A DNA stretch of 63,957 nt, filler included, from Porpidia crustulata (Eukaryota), in the NCBI GenBank assembly GCA_964255105.1. It is 3 parts of 3 records of this genome, joined end to end, with 100 filler letters (N's around TTAATTAATTAA, not from the genome) between each part and the next. Parts side by side here need not be neighbours in the genome. Positions count along the whole stretch, not along the records: positions 23,168 to 46,216 come from CAXUWE010000080.1; 2 more parts are not named here. One strand, written 5' to 3'. Position numbers and translations under genes: made by a program. Below, piece after piece: positions 23,512 to 37,254 of this stretch (position 1 is its first letter; every line of letters begins with the position of its first letter). The notes below the pieces were generated by a model that saw nothing but the letters and a program-made list of their open reading frames with translations, was not told the origin of the DNA and searched no databases.

Positions 23512-25133
23512 TTATTTCTCAAATTTCTCTGCGGTGTCTTCGAGCTGATTTAGTAGGTTTATTATTAGACTCTGCATTGTTGGAGTTTTGTCTCTTGCGT
23601 TCTGTCTTCTCCAGCATCTACTGGATGTCGTGAAAAGCCGCACATCGATCAGCATAATCGAATCTTTCAAACAAAAACGATAGCAGCAGCAATGTATGCA
23701 ATGACCGTGAGTGGGAGCAAGAGAAAATTTGGATCTCATCTCATCCGCAGCGGCTGTCATCGGAAGAAGTTTTGTCCTATCAAAGACGGCTTTCCCCTCC
23801 AGGGCAACCTGTTTAGCAAAGCGAAAAATATAGAACAACAGCATTAATTTTGCCTCTGCTCGACTTTTCATGAGCCTTTGAATCTACCTTTTCGGAGGAT
23901 GCGGCAAATCGCGATATCGGTTGATGTTCGTTATTTGTTTCCATGAATGCTGATCGTTCTTAGAGCGCATCAGTGGATTTTTTTTAAATCTCTCGCGAAG
24001 GATAAATTCCGGTCCATATTCCTGATGAGTTTGTAATCCAGCGATTGAGTTAAATTTGTTCAAATATGCGGGGTCAGGATTCGTACAAAGGAATCATTCG
24101 CTTTCCTCTTCCTTGCCTTTAGACATCTGCTGTAGAAAATGCTATCCCCCAGTGGTACGGATTCTCAGGAGTCCTTTAGCTTTCAACTCCTATTTAGAAA
24201 ACCTCAGGATCTCTAAGATCGTGCATCTGGTCGTCGCAAAACGCGATCCTGGTTATATTAGGAGGTTTAACTATAGTGGATTAGCAAGGCGCATAATGCA
24301 GTGGCAATTTTCCAACAGGGTATGTCTTTATTCATCTGAAAATCCTCTGTTCGTGCAGGCGAATTCTTTTGGGTGAAATCCTCAATCTAGAATCTTGTCG
24401 AGCTATACAGTTCTCCGCTCGGGTTCCGCGATTTTCTTCCAACTGCCAAGGGACGGGCTTTGCTTAGGGTGGTAGGCGCGTCAATAACTCCTCCTTCATC
24501 ATAGAGGTGGCCGATCATGTCCCCAATTGATGCGACTGCGCGAGATTGAAGGCGAAACAACACCGGTTCTTGATTGAGATTTCTCAAACGCGCGAAAAGA
24601 GAGACGTGGAGTTGAGCGACAAAGTCGTTGTTCTTGCTGCTGCTCTTGATTACGAGATTGAGGTGAGCTTCGTCATTATCGAGAATCAAGATAACTCCAA
24701 GATAGTTATACAAGAGAATAGTCGGACGAGGATTAAGGAATTTGAAGTATGGAGACGGATTGAAGTAAAGGCAAGACAGAGTTGCACAACATTGACTATA
24801 TAGCGATAGTGAGAGTGCAGACAAAACGTGTTGAGAAAAGTGAGAATGTAACAGATCAGAAAGCGACAACTCCAATTGAAACTCTTTCAATAATTGTCCT
24901 TCAGAAGTTTCCTCCCATGCATTCGATCGTAATGATCGCGGAATTCGCGATGATGCTGAGAGACGGCTTTGAGATGCTGTATCCAATAGGCCTAAGCTCG
25001 GGGCTATGGAAGGCACGGTGGACCAGTAGCGCTTACGCATAGGCAGGATGGAATTCCTCGTCCCAAAGTCTCCTTTCTCCTTGAGAACCAATTTGAAACA
25101 GTGCCTGATTTTGCTTTGGCGAATATGTGACAA
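23512..25133 (-). pseudogene. Long interrupted reading frame(s) of unknown family
   Basis: 248-aa ORF 24387-25133, plus a frame from ~24360 to 23512 that stays protein-like for about 280 codons with scattered single stops. Confidence 0.4.
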
Positions 25134-28100
25134 ATCTTGAGCAAGTCCGTAGAGTTCCAGATGGATAAAGATAGAAACATTACCGACAAAACCTCATTTT
25201 CATGTTCCCGAAAAACCGTGAGATTGACGTGAAGATCGTATAAGTGACATTGAAATCCACTGGAGTCAATGCTGTCTCCTGTCTCTCCGCCCCTAGTGTG
25301 AACATTCTGGAAGTTACTGTTGCGATGCTGACGATATCGCCAAGTTTGACCAGTTGGTACGCTCATAGTTGAAAATTAGCATCTTCGACGATGCTACAAG
25401 AATACCTCTGAGGTTGATAGAACGGATGTAGTTTTTATGTAGGCTGTCCTGATAGTGCAAGAAATTTGGTTCGAGGAAACCGATCGCTTTCCACTTAACA
25501 GTGAAATGGTTTTACCTCCACCATGAACTGCGCCAATCCAGCGATATTTGTGAGTGCTTCTTTTGCTTTGGCCGTGTCGGTAAATCAGCCAAAAATCCTT
25601 GAGCATCTCTTTATGCTGAATGGTGTTAAAGTCGGTTAACAGCGCCAAACGCGGCGGGCACTATCCCAGTGTTACGGTCAAGACTTGACAGTATAAGTGC
25701 ACTCGGTAGGATAAGAATGAGGTTGTGGGCACTGCCATAGCTTTTTAGTACCACTACTTAACATCGGTAACTGTGAAGATGATATATGTTTCGTCTGTAT
25801 GTCGTTCTATTTAAAAAGGAGAGGACCTTGTAGAGACGTTCTTGAAGGCAGTCGCATCCAAGACAGGAAGTCAATTTTATTAAAGTATGTCCTCAAATGC
25901 ATTCCATTCCTGTCGATATTTGCATAGTTGACTTGAATAGACTGTTTGCGAGACTTCTGTACCGTTCCAGTGCAACGGTCAACTCCAGGACCTGACATAG
26001 GCATCGTCGATCTTGCGGATCGATGTCGAACCAATAGAATCTTTGATTAGAGTGAACCATTTTATTAGTAGAATATCCAGTTCCAAAGACTACCCCTTGC
26101 AAACGTAGACAAATTTTTGGATAATCGAAGGACCGGGAGCTGAACTCGCAGAGAGACATGGAAATCCTGCAGATAAATGTCTCTGAGAAAGGGGCCAGAC
26201 ACACGTTACTTTCAGGTATTCTGGAGATTCATGCACATAATTGTCCATCCCTTAGCAAGCAGGCTAAAGAAACCAGTATAGCTCGTATATATCAGGATAG
26301 GGAAATACATCGACACGCCATGACGCGTATAGCTAGTATATAATAGAAATGAGAAATGCGAGTTGCGAATATCGAACTCGACTGCAAGTCCTAGAAAAAT
26401 TAGCCACAACGTAGCTTGTTGCAAAGACTCTTGCTGCTCTTTTTTCGGTGCCTTTAAATCCAGTATTCGGTGTTTCTAAGTCTCGAAAGCATTTTCACGG
26501 CACGGTTTTCCTCGAATTGTCAAAGATTTGATATTGTGGAGTTGTGCTGCTGTCTTGCCTATCCTCGACGGAATACAAGTGTTCTTGTTGCAAAAAATAT
26601 AGCTCTTTCTGTAGAATGATTTTTTAGATTGGGAGTTTTTTCTTCCGGCCTATCGAACCTTACTTCGGATTATGTGATTGCCTCGAGAGGAATAGACGGG
26701 GTCCTATAAGGAGCGATGTCCGAAAATCAGACTTCCAGTAGGAATTACAAAGTTGGTTTTTGTCCCATAGCCCTTCCCCCCGAATTCTGATAGCGGTAAT
26801 GCTGAATTGTCGAGCACACACCCCGTAGTCTTCGGGTACTCTACAGGAATAGGCTCGCTGAGAACTGATCGAAATAGTATTAGGATTGAGCTATTAGCAA
26901 GGTTTCTTACGCTCCCCCCTCGTTTGCCTCCCCATCATCTTTATCGTCCAAATCGGAGTCCCCATCTATATCCTCTATGTCATTAATCGATTTCTAGAAC
27001 ACACTGGCCTTGTCATCCTTGTATTTCTCCGAGTTCAGAGATAGGAGAAGCATGTTGATTTCGTTCAATTTGTGGAGATATTTATCAATCATCACACTAA
27101 TATTCAATAAAAGTCCCGTTGCTGATGACGATCGAATATCAACCGAGTAGTGCTTCGAAAAGGTAGGGTCTTGAGTTTGGTGTTGAGCGAGCAGGACGTT
27201 GAGGAAATGGAGTGGGTCTGCGAGCTGGCAGGGTGTTGATCTGGTATTGAGCGAGCGAAGTCAAGTAATTCTTCTTTTAGCATTCTCAGAAATGATGAAA
27301 TCCTTTGTAAAGTTGTCTTTTTCGCGCATAGCTGAGATGAAATCATAAAGCATTCCAGTCCTTCCATATAACCCGATTTGGGGATAATGCAGTCATTGCG
27401 ACGACTATTACAATACGAATAGACAAGTATGGTGAAGCATATTATTATTCGACGTATTACGATCCCATGTGACATTAGAGTTGTACAATCGCCTCAACCT
27501 CAAGCTAGAACCAGCCAAGAAGTCCCCACAGCAGTCGAGAGAATGAAATCAACGAACTATAAATCATCAAAAATTATATGTTGTCCGACGGTTGGCCTTC
27601 GTTTTAAGGCCATGCCTTCGAGTTTTTCTTTTGGATTGAACATAGAATAGATAAATAACAGCTGGGGTTGTTCTCCAGGTGCTGTTATATGCTTCATTAC
27701 CCGAAACGGAAATGAACGAGCGTACTTTTTCCTATGGAGAAGGAAGGACGTTTCAAATTTCCAACAAGCTATGACAGCAGTATTTCTCGACCTAGTTTAA
27801 GCTGGAGAAAGACGTGTTTTGCTTTGTGTTAATGTTATTGTCGGCATTTAGGTTTATTGAGGTATGCGGTCTAACATGAGACTCGCGTATCTGCATGCAG
27901 CAATCTATCTCTGCCATTCTCTGGAAATCTGTCGCCATGCTTTAAAAGATCGAAGAAGTCTTTGACATACATTAATACAAGATTGACTTGCACGAGTCCG
28001 CGTGGATGCAACAACTTCTTGAATGTTCCGGAAGGTTGGGCTCTCTTGATACAACAATTTTGCATTCAAATTCAGAGATTCCGAACAAAAATCTTGTTTC

Positions 28101-28858
28101 TTGTGATAGAGAGACGAGATCTTCTCTAGCCTTGGGAGTAGTCGTTGGTGCTGTCGATCTTACGATTGTTTTATAGTCTAGATCGTTATATAACCCAAAG
28201 CGTAGTGACTGCGAGGACGAAACTACTAAGGCTTCCCACGAATATAGTGTGTAGAGAGTCTGACCAATTTGTTGTGAGAGTCATGATTGAAAGCATTATA
28301 TGTGAACCACAAAAGCCAATTCAAACAAGAAAAACGGGGCTTGGTAATTGGCCAATCTTTGAAATATTCCAGATTCAAGTATCCCTCATTCTCCCTCTAT
28401 CCATCCTTGTCAAGGCGATGTCGGCTCCCATATCTACGGAGGTCAATCAGGTTTCTTGCAGAGGCGCGATTCGCTGATACTGACAATAAGCATGCTCGAT
28501 ATATGGTAAAGTACATGCTGCTGCTGAGGACCCGCGGCTTCTCGAGAGAATTAGCAATTATCTTGGCTGTGCAAGGACTAGTGGCCGGGGTAGATATGAT
28601 GTTCTGAACGCAATATTCTTGCAAAAATCCAAATATTCGTAGCCTGAGTCGAGGATGAAGACGCGGTAACATCGTCAAGAGATAGTGAAGCGTACTACCC
28701 ATAATTGTTGGTGCATCTATTGAATTGTGTGTGCTCCAATATCAGAGTGTCTCCAGTTCAGATTGAACTGAAATGGCCGGGATGAATTCAATAGAAGTCG
28801 TAATGACAACTATTACTGGGATTTATATATGTTGAAAGCCAGGATGGTTGATGAAAGC

Positions 28859-29203
28859 TTAGGATGAGACAAGAACAGAGGATGATCTCAATATCCCACG
28901 TTCTCCGTCGGCGAGTAAACGCACGATTGCTGCTACTTCTCTCGAAACTCGACCAGTCGATTCAAGTTTTGTTGTCATCTTGCCATCAAAGGACGAACCT
29001 GAGTAGCGAAATATTGAGAATATCCTCATACGGGCCGTGGTTCGCGATGGTATCCTATGAGAACTCCGTATAGCTGCTATCATGCATGGCTTGGACATTG
29101 TTCTCCAATTTTGGATCCTATGTTCGACTGCTAGGTTCTCTAGGTCTGCCTTATTCATGTCCGCACAGTTATCTACTATATCAATATCATGTTCAGCTTC
29201 CAC
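28859..29203 (-). pseudogene. Fragment with a Rho_N/HeH-like helical nucleic-acid-binding motif
   Basis: DMNKADLENLAVEHRIQNWRTMSKPCMIAAIR fits the Rho-N-terminal pattern (txaeLkelAkelgI.nysklkKaeLieaI) by eye. Confidence 0.4.
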
Positions 29204-31308
29204 AACTTCAATTCTGATGTCAACGCAAAGATTCCTCTTTTATAATATTCTCCTCCAGCGCTGAATATTGGAGAGTCCAGGTCTACGGTCTGAGTTTTAC
29301 GTTCGATTGTCAATCATTAGATCCCAGCGAAAGGCGACGAGGAGGGGTTAAAATCTGAGTGTGTCTAAGATCATCTGTAATATGATCAGATAGACACGAT
29401 CCAGACAGCGTTTGTGAAATATTCGTCACGAGGAACAAATGCTGTTTCATGATCTTCGGCACCAGTAGGAAACGCTTGAGCTCTTTGATGCCCCTATTGT
29501 GGTGTAAAGTAATATAATCCTCTGCGTAGAAACCTTCGGTCGTGCGTTTCCCGTGCCGGGCGGAGATCTTGTTGTTACATCCCTGCAAAGCTTAGATATC
29601 ATTGGTACCCGAAGCCGTGGAAATAACCTGGATCTATCATTTGTTATCGAGGTGATGATGACGTTTTGGACGGCAAAATTAGATAAGGATAAGAGGACTC
29701 TAAACCCTTTAAAAGGTCTATCAGAGGCTGCATACTTATGGCTAAGTAAGCTTGACGAGTTTGCTGCTCTGCCTCTTGTCGATACTGAGCCTTTGCCACA
29801 TTATCCTGACGTTGCTCATCTTGAAGCTCTTCAATTTCAAATGATAGCTGTATTATTAGATACTACTCGCGGATCGTCTCTTTCAAAGTGCATTGCATAG
29901 TGCTCATTACTTACTTGATCCACAGCTGCGAAGAGAGCATGATATTATCTGTGGGTAGTTGTTCTAGAGATAAAAAGCTTCAGTGTCGAAGTGAGTCTGA
30001 CTTAATAATAACAAGACACGTCTCAGATCCCCCATATCATCAAGGCCCACACTGATATAAATGTCTAGACGACTCAGATTTGGGACAAGACGAATGTCTA
30101 TTTCTTCTTGATCATAATTTTCTTGTTCTGTCTATAGTAAAGACTTGCTTAATTCCCAAGCTTCTCTGACGATCCTCGACTGCATGCTCAACAGAGCTTT
30201 TATTCCGCTTTTCTTAGAGTAGTTGGCCGCCTAAGACCAGATAAAATATATAAGCTTGAACACATACTGATACTATTTAGTGTTCTTTGTGTAGAATAAA
30301 AATCGGTTTTATTGCCATCAAAGCCAAATATAAGAAGCTCTGATCAAATGGTCTTGCGTTTTTGAGAATTTGTGTCTATCGTTCGGAGTCACCGGTTGTT
30401 TGATTTTGGCTATGATTTTCCCATTTCTTAATCTGCAGCTACACCGATCTTTCCCTCACTATGCAGCGGCCAGGCTACTAAATCGTCAAACCCGCGGCCT
30501 TTCGGTTATCGTCGTCCAGAGCCAACAGCTTCGCGATGATCTTTGTTGCATAATATGTATTTGATGCCGCCAGGATCAGTCGCCCCGCAGACCACGAGAT
30601 TATACGACTTTGCAGGTTGCAGCTCAAGAGATTTTTGATCCGGGCCAGGACATAGTTGAGGCTTGTTCTTGTTGCGGGCTGAGTTCTGTCTCTGTAAACC
30701 GTTGCTGCAAGCCTCTGAAGATTGTATGGACGGGACTCACTGCGCGCACCAGACATGTCCAGTAAATTATCTTATAGCTCTTGATCGTCTACAGAATTTC
30801 CGATGAGATTCCTCTTGGCCTACTTCTCCGAGTGCTCTCATTAGATCCGCAGAACACAGCGAAGATCAAGAAGTCTTCGTAATGCGTAATTGTAACCAGC
30901 AATTCTCCATCAATTCCGATCAGGGTTTTGACCGGCAGGACGGCAGCCATGGCGCGCACAACATCCGCCTTATAGGGAAAAGCAGCAAGCTCAATTGGTA
31001 TGCGTTGCTGGGGCTCTGACCGTTGGAAAAATGATCTTGATGCAAATTATAAAAGCCCCGGTACGCTAACAAGGAAGCCATATTCCATCTACATCAGCGC
31101 TTGGAAAAACACGACACGAACCGCTTCTCGATAACAAGTGGTCCCGGGATTTTGAGTAGATAAGCTCTGTTGCTATCGGTAGCAATTTGCAGTTTTATCG
31201 AGAAGAGATTTAAACCACTCGCCTATTCGGAAACCCCATGGCGACCGTCGTTGACGATCAGATATTTAGTATTGGTCCTCAACAATGTGGTATGCCAACG
31301 AGAGTTCG

Positions 31309-31449
31309 GCAAACTCGGTCTCGTGTATAGAGAAAAGCGTCTGTAGGGAATCGAGTAGCAGAGAAACGTGTGATTCTTGCAAACTTGATCTCGTATGTAG
31401 AGAAAAGCGTCTCTAGGGAAGCGAGTAGCAGAGAACGCGTGATTTTTGC
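31309..31449. repeat. Diverged 70-bp tandem duplication (2 copies)
   Basis: GCAAACT..TCTCGT..AGAGAAAAGCGTCT.TAGGGAA.CGAGTAGCAGAGAA..GTGATT.TTGC starts at 31309 and again at 31379. Confidence 0.9.
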
Positions 31450-34400
31450 GTATCAAATTAATGAATGAAAAAAGGCTCGAAATTATGACTGAGGTTGAGA
31501 TTCGCCGGATTTTCTGGACTCGCTGTTATTATTCGCCCGAGGTGAATGCCGCCTTATTTCTTTCTCATATGAAGGGTTTCGTCGTTCCTATTACTTTTAG
31601 CACTTCCTCGCCCGCCTGGCAGGTTTTAAAGTCATACCAACGTCCATTCCGTCTCTATCGCAGTCTTCCTGAAATCGAGGACGAGTTTCCCGATCTCACA
31701 CCGATGTGAGCACAGTTCTACCACGAAACTGGTAGATATATATCGATAGGATTGGGAGGAAAATTTGATGGAGGTGTCTCTCATTTATAAGTTCTATTCG
31801 GATAGAGTCCGCCAGGCGAGTGTGTCTCTCTTTCTCCTTCCGGGCAATCTCTCATCGTGCGCAGACCATGAGATTATCGTATCGAGCATCATTCCTCCAG
31901 TTCTTTCGAAAGCAAATTGGCCCATAGTAGGTCGTTCATTGTTACCCATGCATCCAGAATTCGATCGAAGCCTCTTCGCGACTTCGGCTTACCTACTACC
32001 GTCATGCACACATTATTCTTCATAAATCCCAGCGAATGACGGAGTTTTCTTCCGCACATTATAACAGCATATAAGACTCGAGCTCAAGAGACTCGGGGGT
32101 CCCCAGCATAAGCTCTCTACCTCCGGCTTCAGGGAGAGGCTCCCAGTGGCTCACGTCCGCGATATCGTCGGAGATGGCACTAAGTCATACATGGTGCGAC
32201 GTAATAATAGCTCAGTGGGGAGTCAATAACGCTCAGCCGATGCATTTCTCTCGGAGTACATGGCGTCTGCCAAAACACTCCTACCTCGCCAAAACTCTTG
32301 TAAATGCTTGGCCTAACCCAACTGCCATGAAAACAGTCTCCAGAGATCGTTAGCCGGATGTTCTGGACCTGAATGTTTGGGTATCCTAGGTATAGTTTGC
32401 ACTTTCCCTCTGCGATACATTCGACTTGTAAAGGTGAGGATCTGACAAGAACATGCGTCTGCTTTGATATTTACGATGGAAAACTTAAGACCTTGTTCGG
32501 GGCATCCTCTGTAGAAAGTCTTGATGGTAAAGTGACCAAGGGCACGAACCCGGTATACTGGCGGAGAAGCTCCAACCGGCATCCTCGGAACAGTGTAGCT
32601 GTAAACTAGATATACTCTTAATTTACTGATTTAACTCTGCTAATGGAAGTAGTGTCCATATTCTGATGTAGGGTCTTTCAAAAAAATGTGAATTGAAGGC
32701 CACCGGTACAATGACAATCCAGCAGTTATTCTGACCTTTCGAGGTCTGCGTTCTCATCGCTGGTGTCGTACCCGGAAATCACATGGCGTATAGGATTTGT
32801 AGTATATAGTAAATAAAACTTGAATTATTGATCTTTAGTGTTTTTGACCACGGATGTTTCGATTTCGTAATTCGTTATGGTGATTGGTGATACAATGAGT
32901 TTCGACGGCTGGAATTGGAGAACTCATGTCTGGATCTCAACCCCGGCTCCTTTGTCGCTCTGCTTTGACCAAGACTCAAGATATTCGAGATGGCCCATCA
33001 GCGTACGATTTCCATCTCGCACTACTCTATTACATGACAATGCATGGAGTTCCACCTATGACCAAACCAAATACCAAAATTAATACCACACACAAAGAAC
33101 CTAATGAGAACAATACGCAGAGCACGGGCTCTGAAAATTGCCCCTGATCAAACAGCATGGCCGGGTCGGCTTGTTTCCCAAAATTGAATTGATAGTCGTT
33201 ATATATAAAGATCTTACTCGTTGCGTTGAAAGGGTGCTCTCGTATGCAACCAACTTTGAAATAAGTCGACGATTGTTCATTACTTGAATTGCGGGTTGCT
33301 TTAGGCAATTGTTCATTACAGCAGTGAAAGTATTGACGTCCTAGTCCATCGATGGAGGAGTAAAGCCCTAGTTCAATGGCACTGGCGCTGGCGTTCAGGT
33401 CATGCTGCGAGCAAGATAATCTCCGTCAACAACAATGATCAACATAATTATAAAGACGTTATTGTCCGAAAGATGTTCCTGTCAAGCTTGATATTATAAA
33501 CGAAGCACAAAGAAGAACAATAGAACCATAAGAACATATATAATATAAATTTTCCTAAAACGTAGATCCACTACATCACCTCCTCCGCCTGCCAAAACTT
33601 CGTGCGTAACGTTGAGAGCAAGCACCTCATCGAGACCAAAAGCCTCGACTGCTTGCTGTTCAGCCCCGCGATCGAAGACATGTTGAAGGAACGCATCAAC
33701 CCCCCACTTCTTTCAGGTCTATTGCTTCGGACCCTCATGTTGCCTCTTTCCTTCGAGAATAAAGTCGCCGGGTAAGTTGTTGAGAGAAAGGGCTATTTAC
33801 CCCGTCGGCGTTTATTGTAGCGAGTGGATACATGGTGACAGAGGAAACGCAATGGCGCCGTTATCGGGCAGACCGATATAACGTAGTGCTTGTAGCTGGA
33901 GATTGAGATGTAGGATGTTGGCTCGAGGTTTTGCAAAGATCTGAGCTTTCGATTTCCATCAATGATTTAAACCTTCGGACTCTCAAATAATTGCGAAGAC
34001 GGGCGCTCGTCAACAGAACAGACAGCAAGGAAGTAAAAGCTACAGCCTGTGATTGAATACCGCTTCCCATATCCCTCTCAATACGAAACAGCTAATTCTT
34101 GTAGAAGCGGTTGTCGAGTTTCTTCCTTTTAGCTTGGGCCTAATATTGCGACATCCTCAATGCCCAAATTTCATCTGCAATGGAGTAGATGAATAGGAAA
34201 GGATATATGTCACAATCGTATAGAATGCAGTTGACTCGAAGGCACACAACTATTTGCAGAACAATTTGAGCAAGATGATCTGTAGTATAAATTGTGACAG
34301 TGGACAATCAGCCAGTTCACGTCGAGTTCAACTCTTGAACTATCCTCTAGACGAGGGAGTTGAAGATCCTACCAGCCAGCTTGCTTTTGTTCTAGAATTT

Positions 34401-35088
34401 TTTCAGCCCAGGAGATGAGCAGTGAGACTCGGTGGAAGGTCGCGCGGATAAAATCCTGGATATTTGACTGCATCTAAGGTCTCGTGGTAGTTGAGACTTA
34501 TATTATACGGTAAGAGCGTAAGCATGATGAAGCCGTATTCTCGATGCTGATGGTTGGGGTGTTTGTTTTGGTCCGCGTAGACAGATAAGGCATGAGCTAA
34601 ACAAGCAAATGAGCCTGTTTGTGACACACGTGCGGAATAAACAGCAGACGGATTTGGGTATGGTAAATTTAACAGTGTTTGGAGATTGATGGAATTTGTT
34701 TCTTGACATGTACGCAGTGTAAGTATGATGAGGAAGTGGCATTGATGAAGGAAATAGCGCCCTTGATGAATTCAGCTTGAAGCTATTATTCAAAAAGTAC
34801 AATGTGAATCTACTCATGAATTTCAGGACACGTAGGGATAGGAAATAGAACTTGAAAGATAGTGAGAGCTCATCGACTAGTAGATCGTAGTAACTCCTGT
34901 GTATAAATGGTAGTACCGTGCCGTGGGGCGACCAAATCTAAAGGAAAACCATTGCTTATCGGGTATAACCATGCCAAGCTTGCCTACCATCCGTACTGAC
35001 AATGAATGATCCATAAATCGCAATGAAAGGATGCTGTACAAAGAAAGTCAAAAGTCCTGTTCTGCCTCGCGTCGGTATTACCTGTATC

Positions 35089-35739
35089 TCACTTTCGTCT
35101 CCCGTCGACTCTTCTCTCCAAGCCTTCGACTCGGGCTCGAAAACCTTTCACAATATCTCGTATGTGTCGGACCTTGTCAAATTCGACCTCGAGCTCGTCG
35201 ATTTGTTGTAAGATTTGTCGGAAACGTGCTATCTCAGCGTCGGCGGCCGCCATCGCATTGCCTGCCCGGGAAGACTGAGCAGAGGTTGAGATTTGAGTTT
35301 GTGCGGTAAGCTAGAAAAAGTGACCGTTTAGTATAATGTTGCTGAACAGGGGACTCTATTTGACGAGGAGAGTGGAGAGATGAGGGTTAGGTGAGGAGAG
35401 CTAAGGTGGTGGTCACGTGTAGACGAAGATATTCAACATAACAGTGAAGCGTACGTTGTCCACCCTATTCTGTATAGCCCCCATCAAGCGCTCGAAGTGC
35501 TGCCCCAGAACCGCCAGACTGCCCGGGTCGAGCACCAGCCTGCCCTGTGCCGACGAAGCAGCGCTGGTCGCTCGTGACGTGGAGGCTGAGCTACGCGAGT
35601 GGCCGCGCCCACGCGTTGAAGTAGAATGCGCATAGTTCTGGTTCGACAAGGCGATCTGCTGATGCTGACGGAAGATGTGGATTTCGGATTGGGAGAGACC
35701 GAGCTGGGAGTCAGGGATGGAGGCAGGAAGGGAGGTCAT
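35089..35739 (-). CDS. CNL1: BLOC-1 complex subunit CNL1, 2 exons
   Basis: Exon 1 IPDSQLGLSQSEIHIFRQHQQIAL...QGRLVLDPGSL; intron 35311-35454; exon 2 RAGNAMAAADAEIARFRQILQQIDELEVEFDKVRHIRDIVKGFRARVEGLERRV. Recognised as the fungal CNL1 pattern. Confidence 0.85.
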
Positions 35740-37254
35740 GGGTAGAAACCTCCTCACATGTTCGGTGAGGGAGAGCAGGTTCGAAGGAATCGCATCGCGA
35801 TGAGGGGGAGGGAGAGTTTATGTCAAGAGGGAATACGAGCTGCTGGATTACAGGTGTAGAAGGCTTTGGGCAGCAAGTAAGGCGGACGAGCTTTTTTGAG
35901 ATTAGGTTTTCCTAACGGCTAAGCTCGGCAGGGCTCGTTTCTACGGTGACCTACATAGTGTGACAGTGTCGAACTCTTCGGTCGGTTTCGGTTTCGGTTG
36001 AGGCATAATGCTCTATCATGATCAGGCTCGCTGGATGGGTGTAGTGTAACATAATTTGGTGTGAAGGAGGATCAAGGGGTGGGTTTAGCCACAGGACTGA
36101 AAGGCTTGCGTCAAGATATTGTAGTCTCTATGGACTCGGAAATGTGCTATCACACTATGACGCCCAAAGAACAGTGCGGCCCTCATACCTGACGAAAGTT
36201 TCCATCCACAGGATGTGATAGCCTCACAAACTTCTCTCTTACCCTCCTACTTACTCCTCTCTGTCTTTTTATAGCTCCATTTCTTGGGGCTACTTTCGTA
36301 ACATACTAGCATCTCATCGTCGAGAGCCGGACTCGTGGTCAGCTAATGCGCGGCCATAGCTAGTAGTTTTACCACGTCGACTTAGCAATGCAAGAGCGGT
36401 CGACGGCGTGTAGAGCTAGTATATAAAGCTTGGGGTAAAAGACATGAAATGATTCGTAATGAGGCGCAGGACGTGCGGATCGAAGCTTCCTTCAGGATCA
36501 CGACCGGGACGAACGAGCGACAGGTGCAAAGAGGCTCGACGAAAGTCTGGCATCTACTCGGAAGTTGTGGCACTGTTGTTGAGTTCCTGCAATCAGAGTC
36601 GCTCCTTCAGCAAACGGAGAGCTCGAAGCGTAGGAGTATTCTGCATGGGCTTCGCAAATTGTGTAGAATCGCAACTAGAATGGTATCCATTGATTGTAGA
36701 AGAGTGAGCCAAGGGCTGTGGTAGGTCATGAATTCGCAATGATAGTATTGTGTCCACTGACTCGAAGTCTTGCGCTTAATACCTGTCATTATATTGATAC
36801 ACGTAGGGTCAAGCCTTGGCTTGCCAATCTCTTCTCTGCTCCCTTTTTATGCATTCAGATATAATGTACATGGCACTATAACCAGCTGCCGGCGAATAAG
36901 AAATCATGTCGCATGTAAAGAAATTCGTTCGACAACTTGTAGATGCTCGCCAGTAATACAAAATCATGAGTTGATGCGAAAGTGGCTCAAATCCCGCTGA
37001 ATCTGAGTTCATCCAAAGGAAATCTGTTTCCTGCAGACGTAGTAATGTATTTCCCTTGGGAGTTTGAGGACCGGAACGCCAACGCTCAGAATCGCTTGGC
37101 CACTTTGATCTGGTCTCCTTCTTAGTAAGGCCTCAACCGAATTGTATCCCAAAATTGCAGGGAAGAAACGATAGACAATGTAAGGTTCATCAATCACACT
37201 CGGCATCGGGTCTTCTGGGAGATACCGATAGCATTTCGTAGATAGTACCGACTC

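Noticed and set aside
31309..31449. CRISPR-like array
   Set aside because: Only two contiguous units with no spacers, in a eukaryotic context.
33565..33780. Exon-like GC3-rich fragment IHYITSSACQNFVRNVESKHL...
   Set aside because: No start, partner exons or family could be identified.
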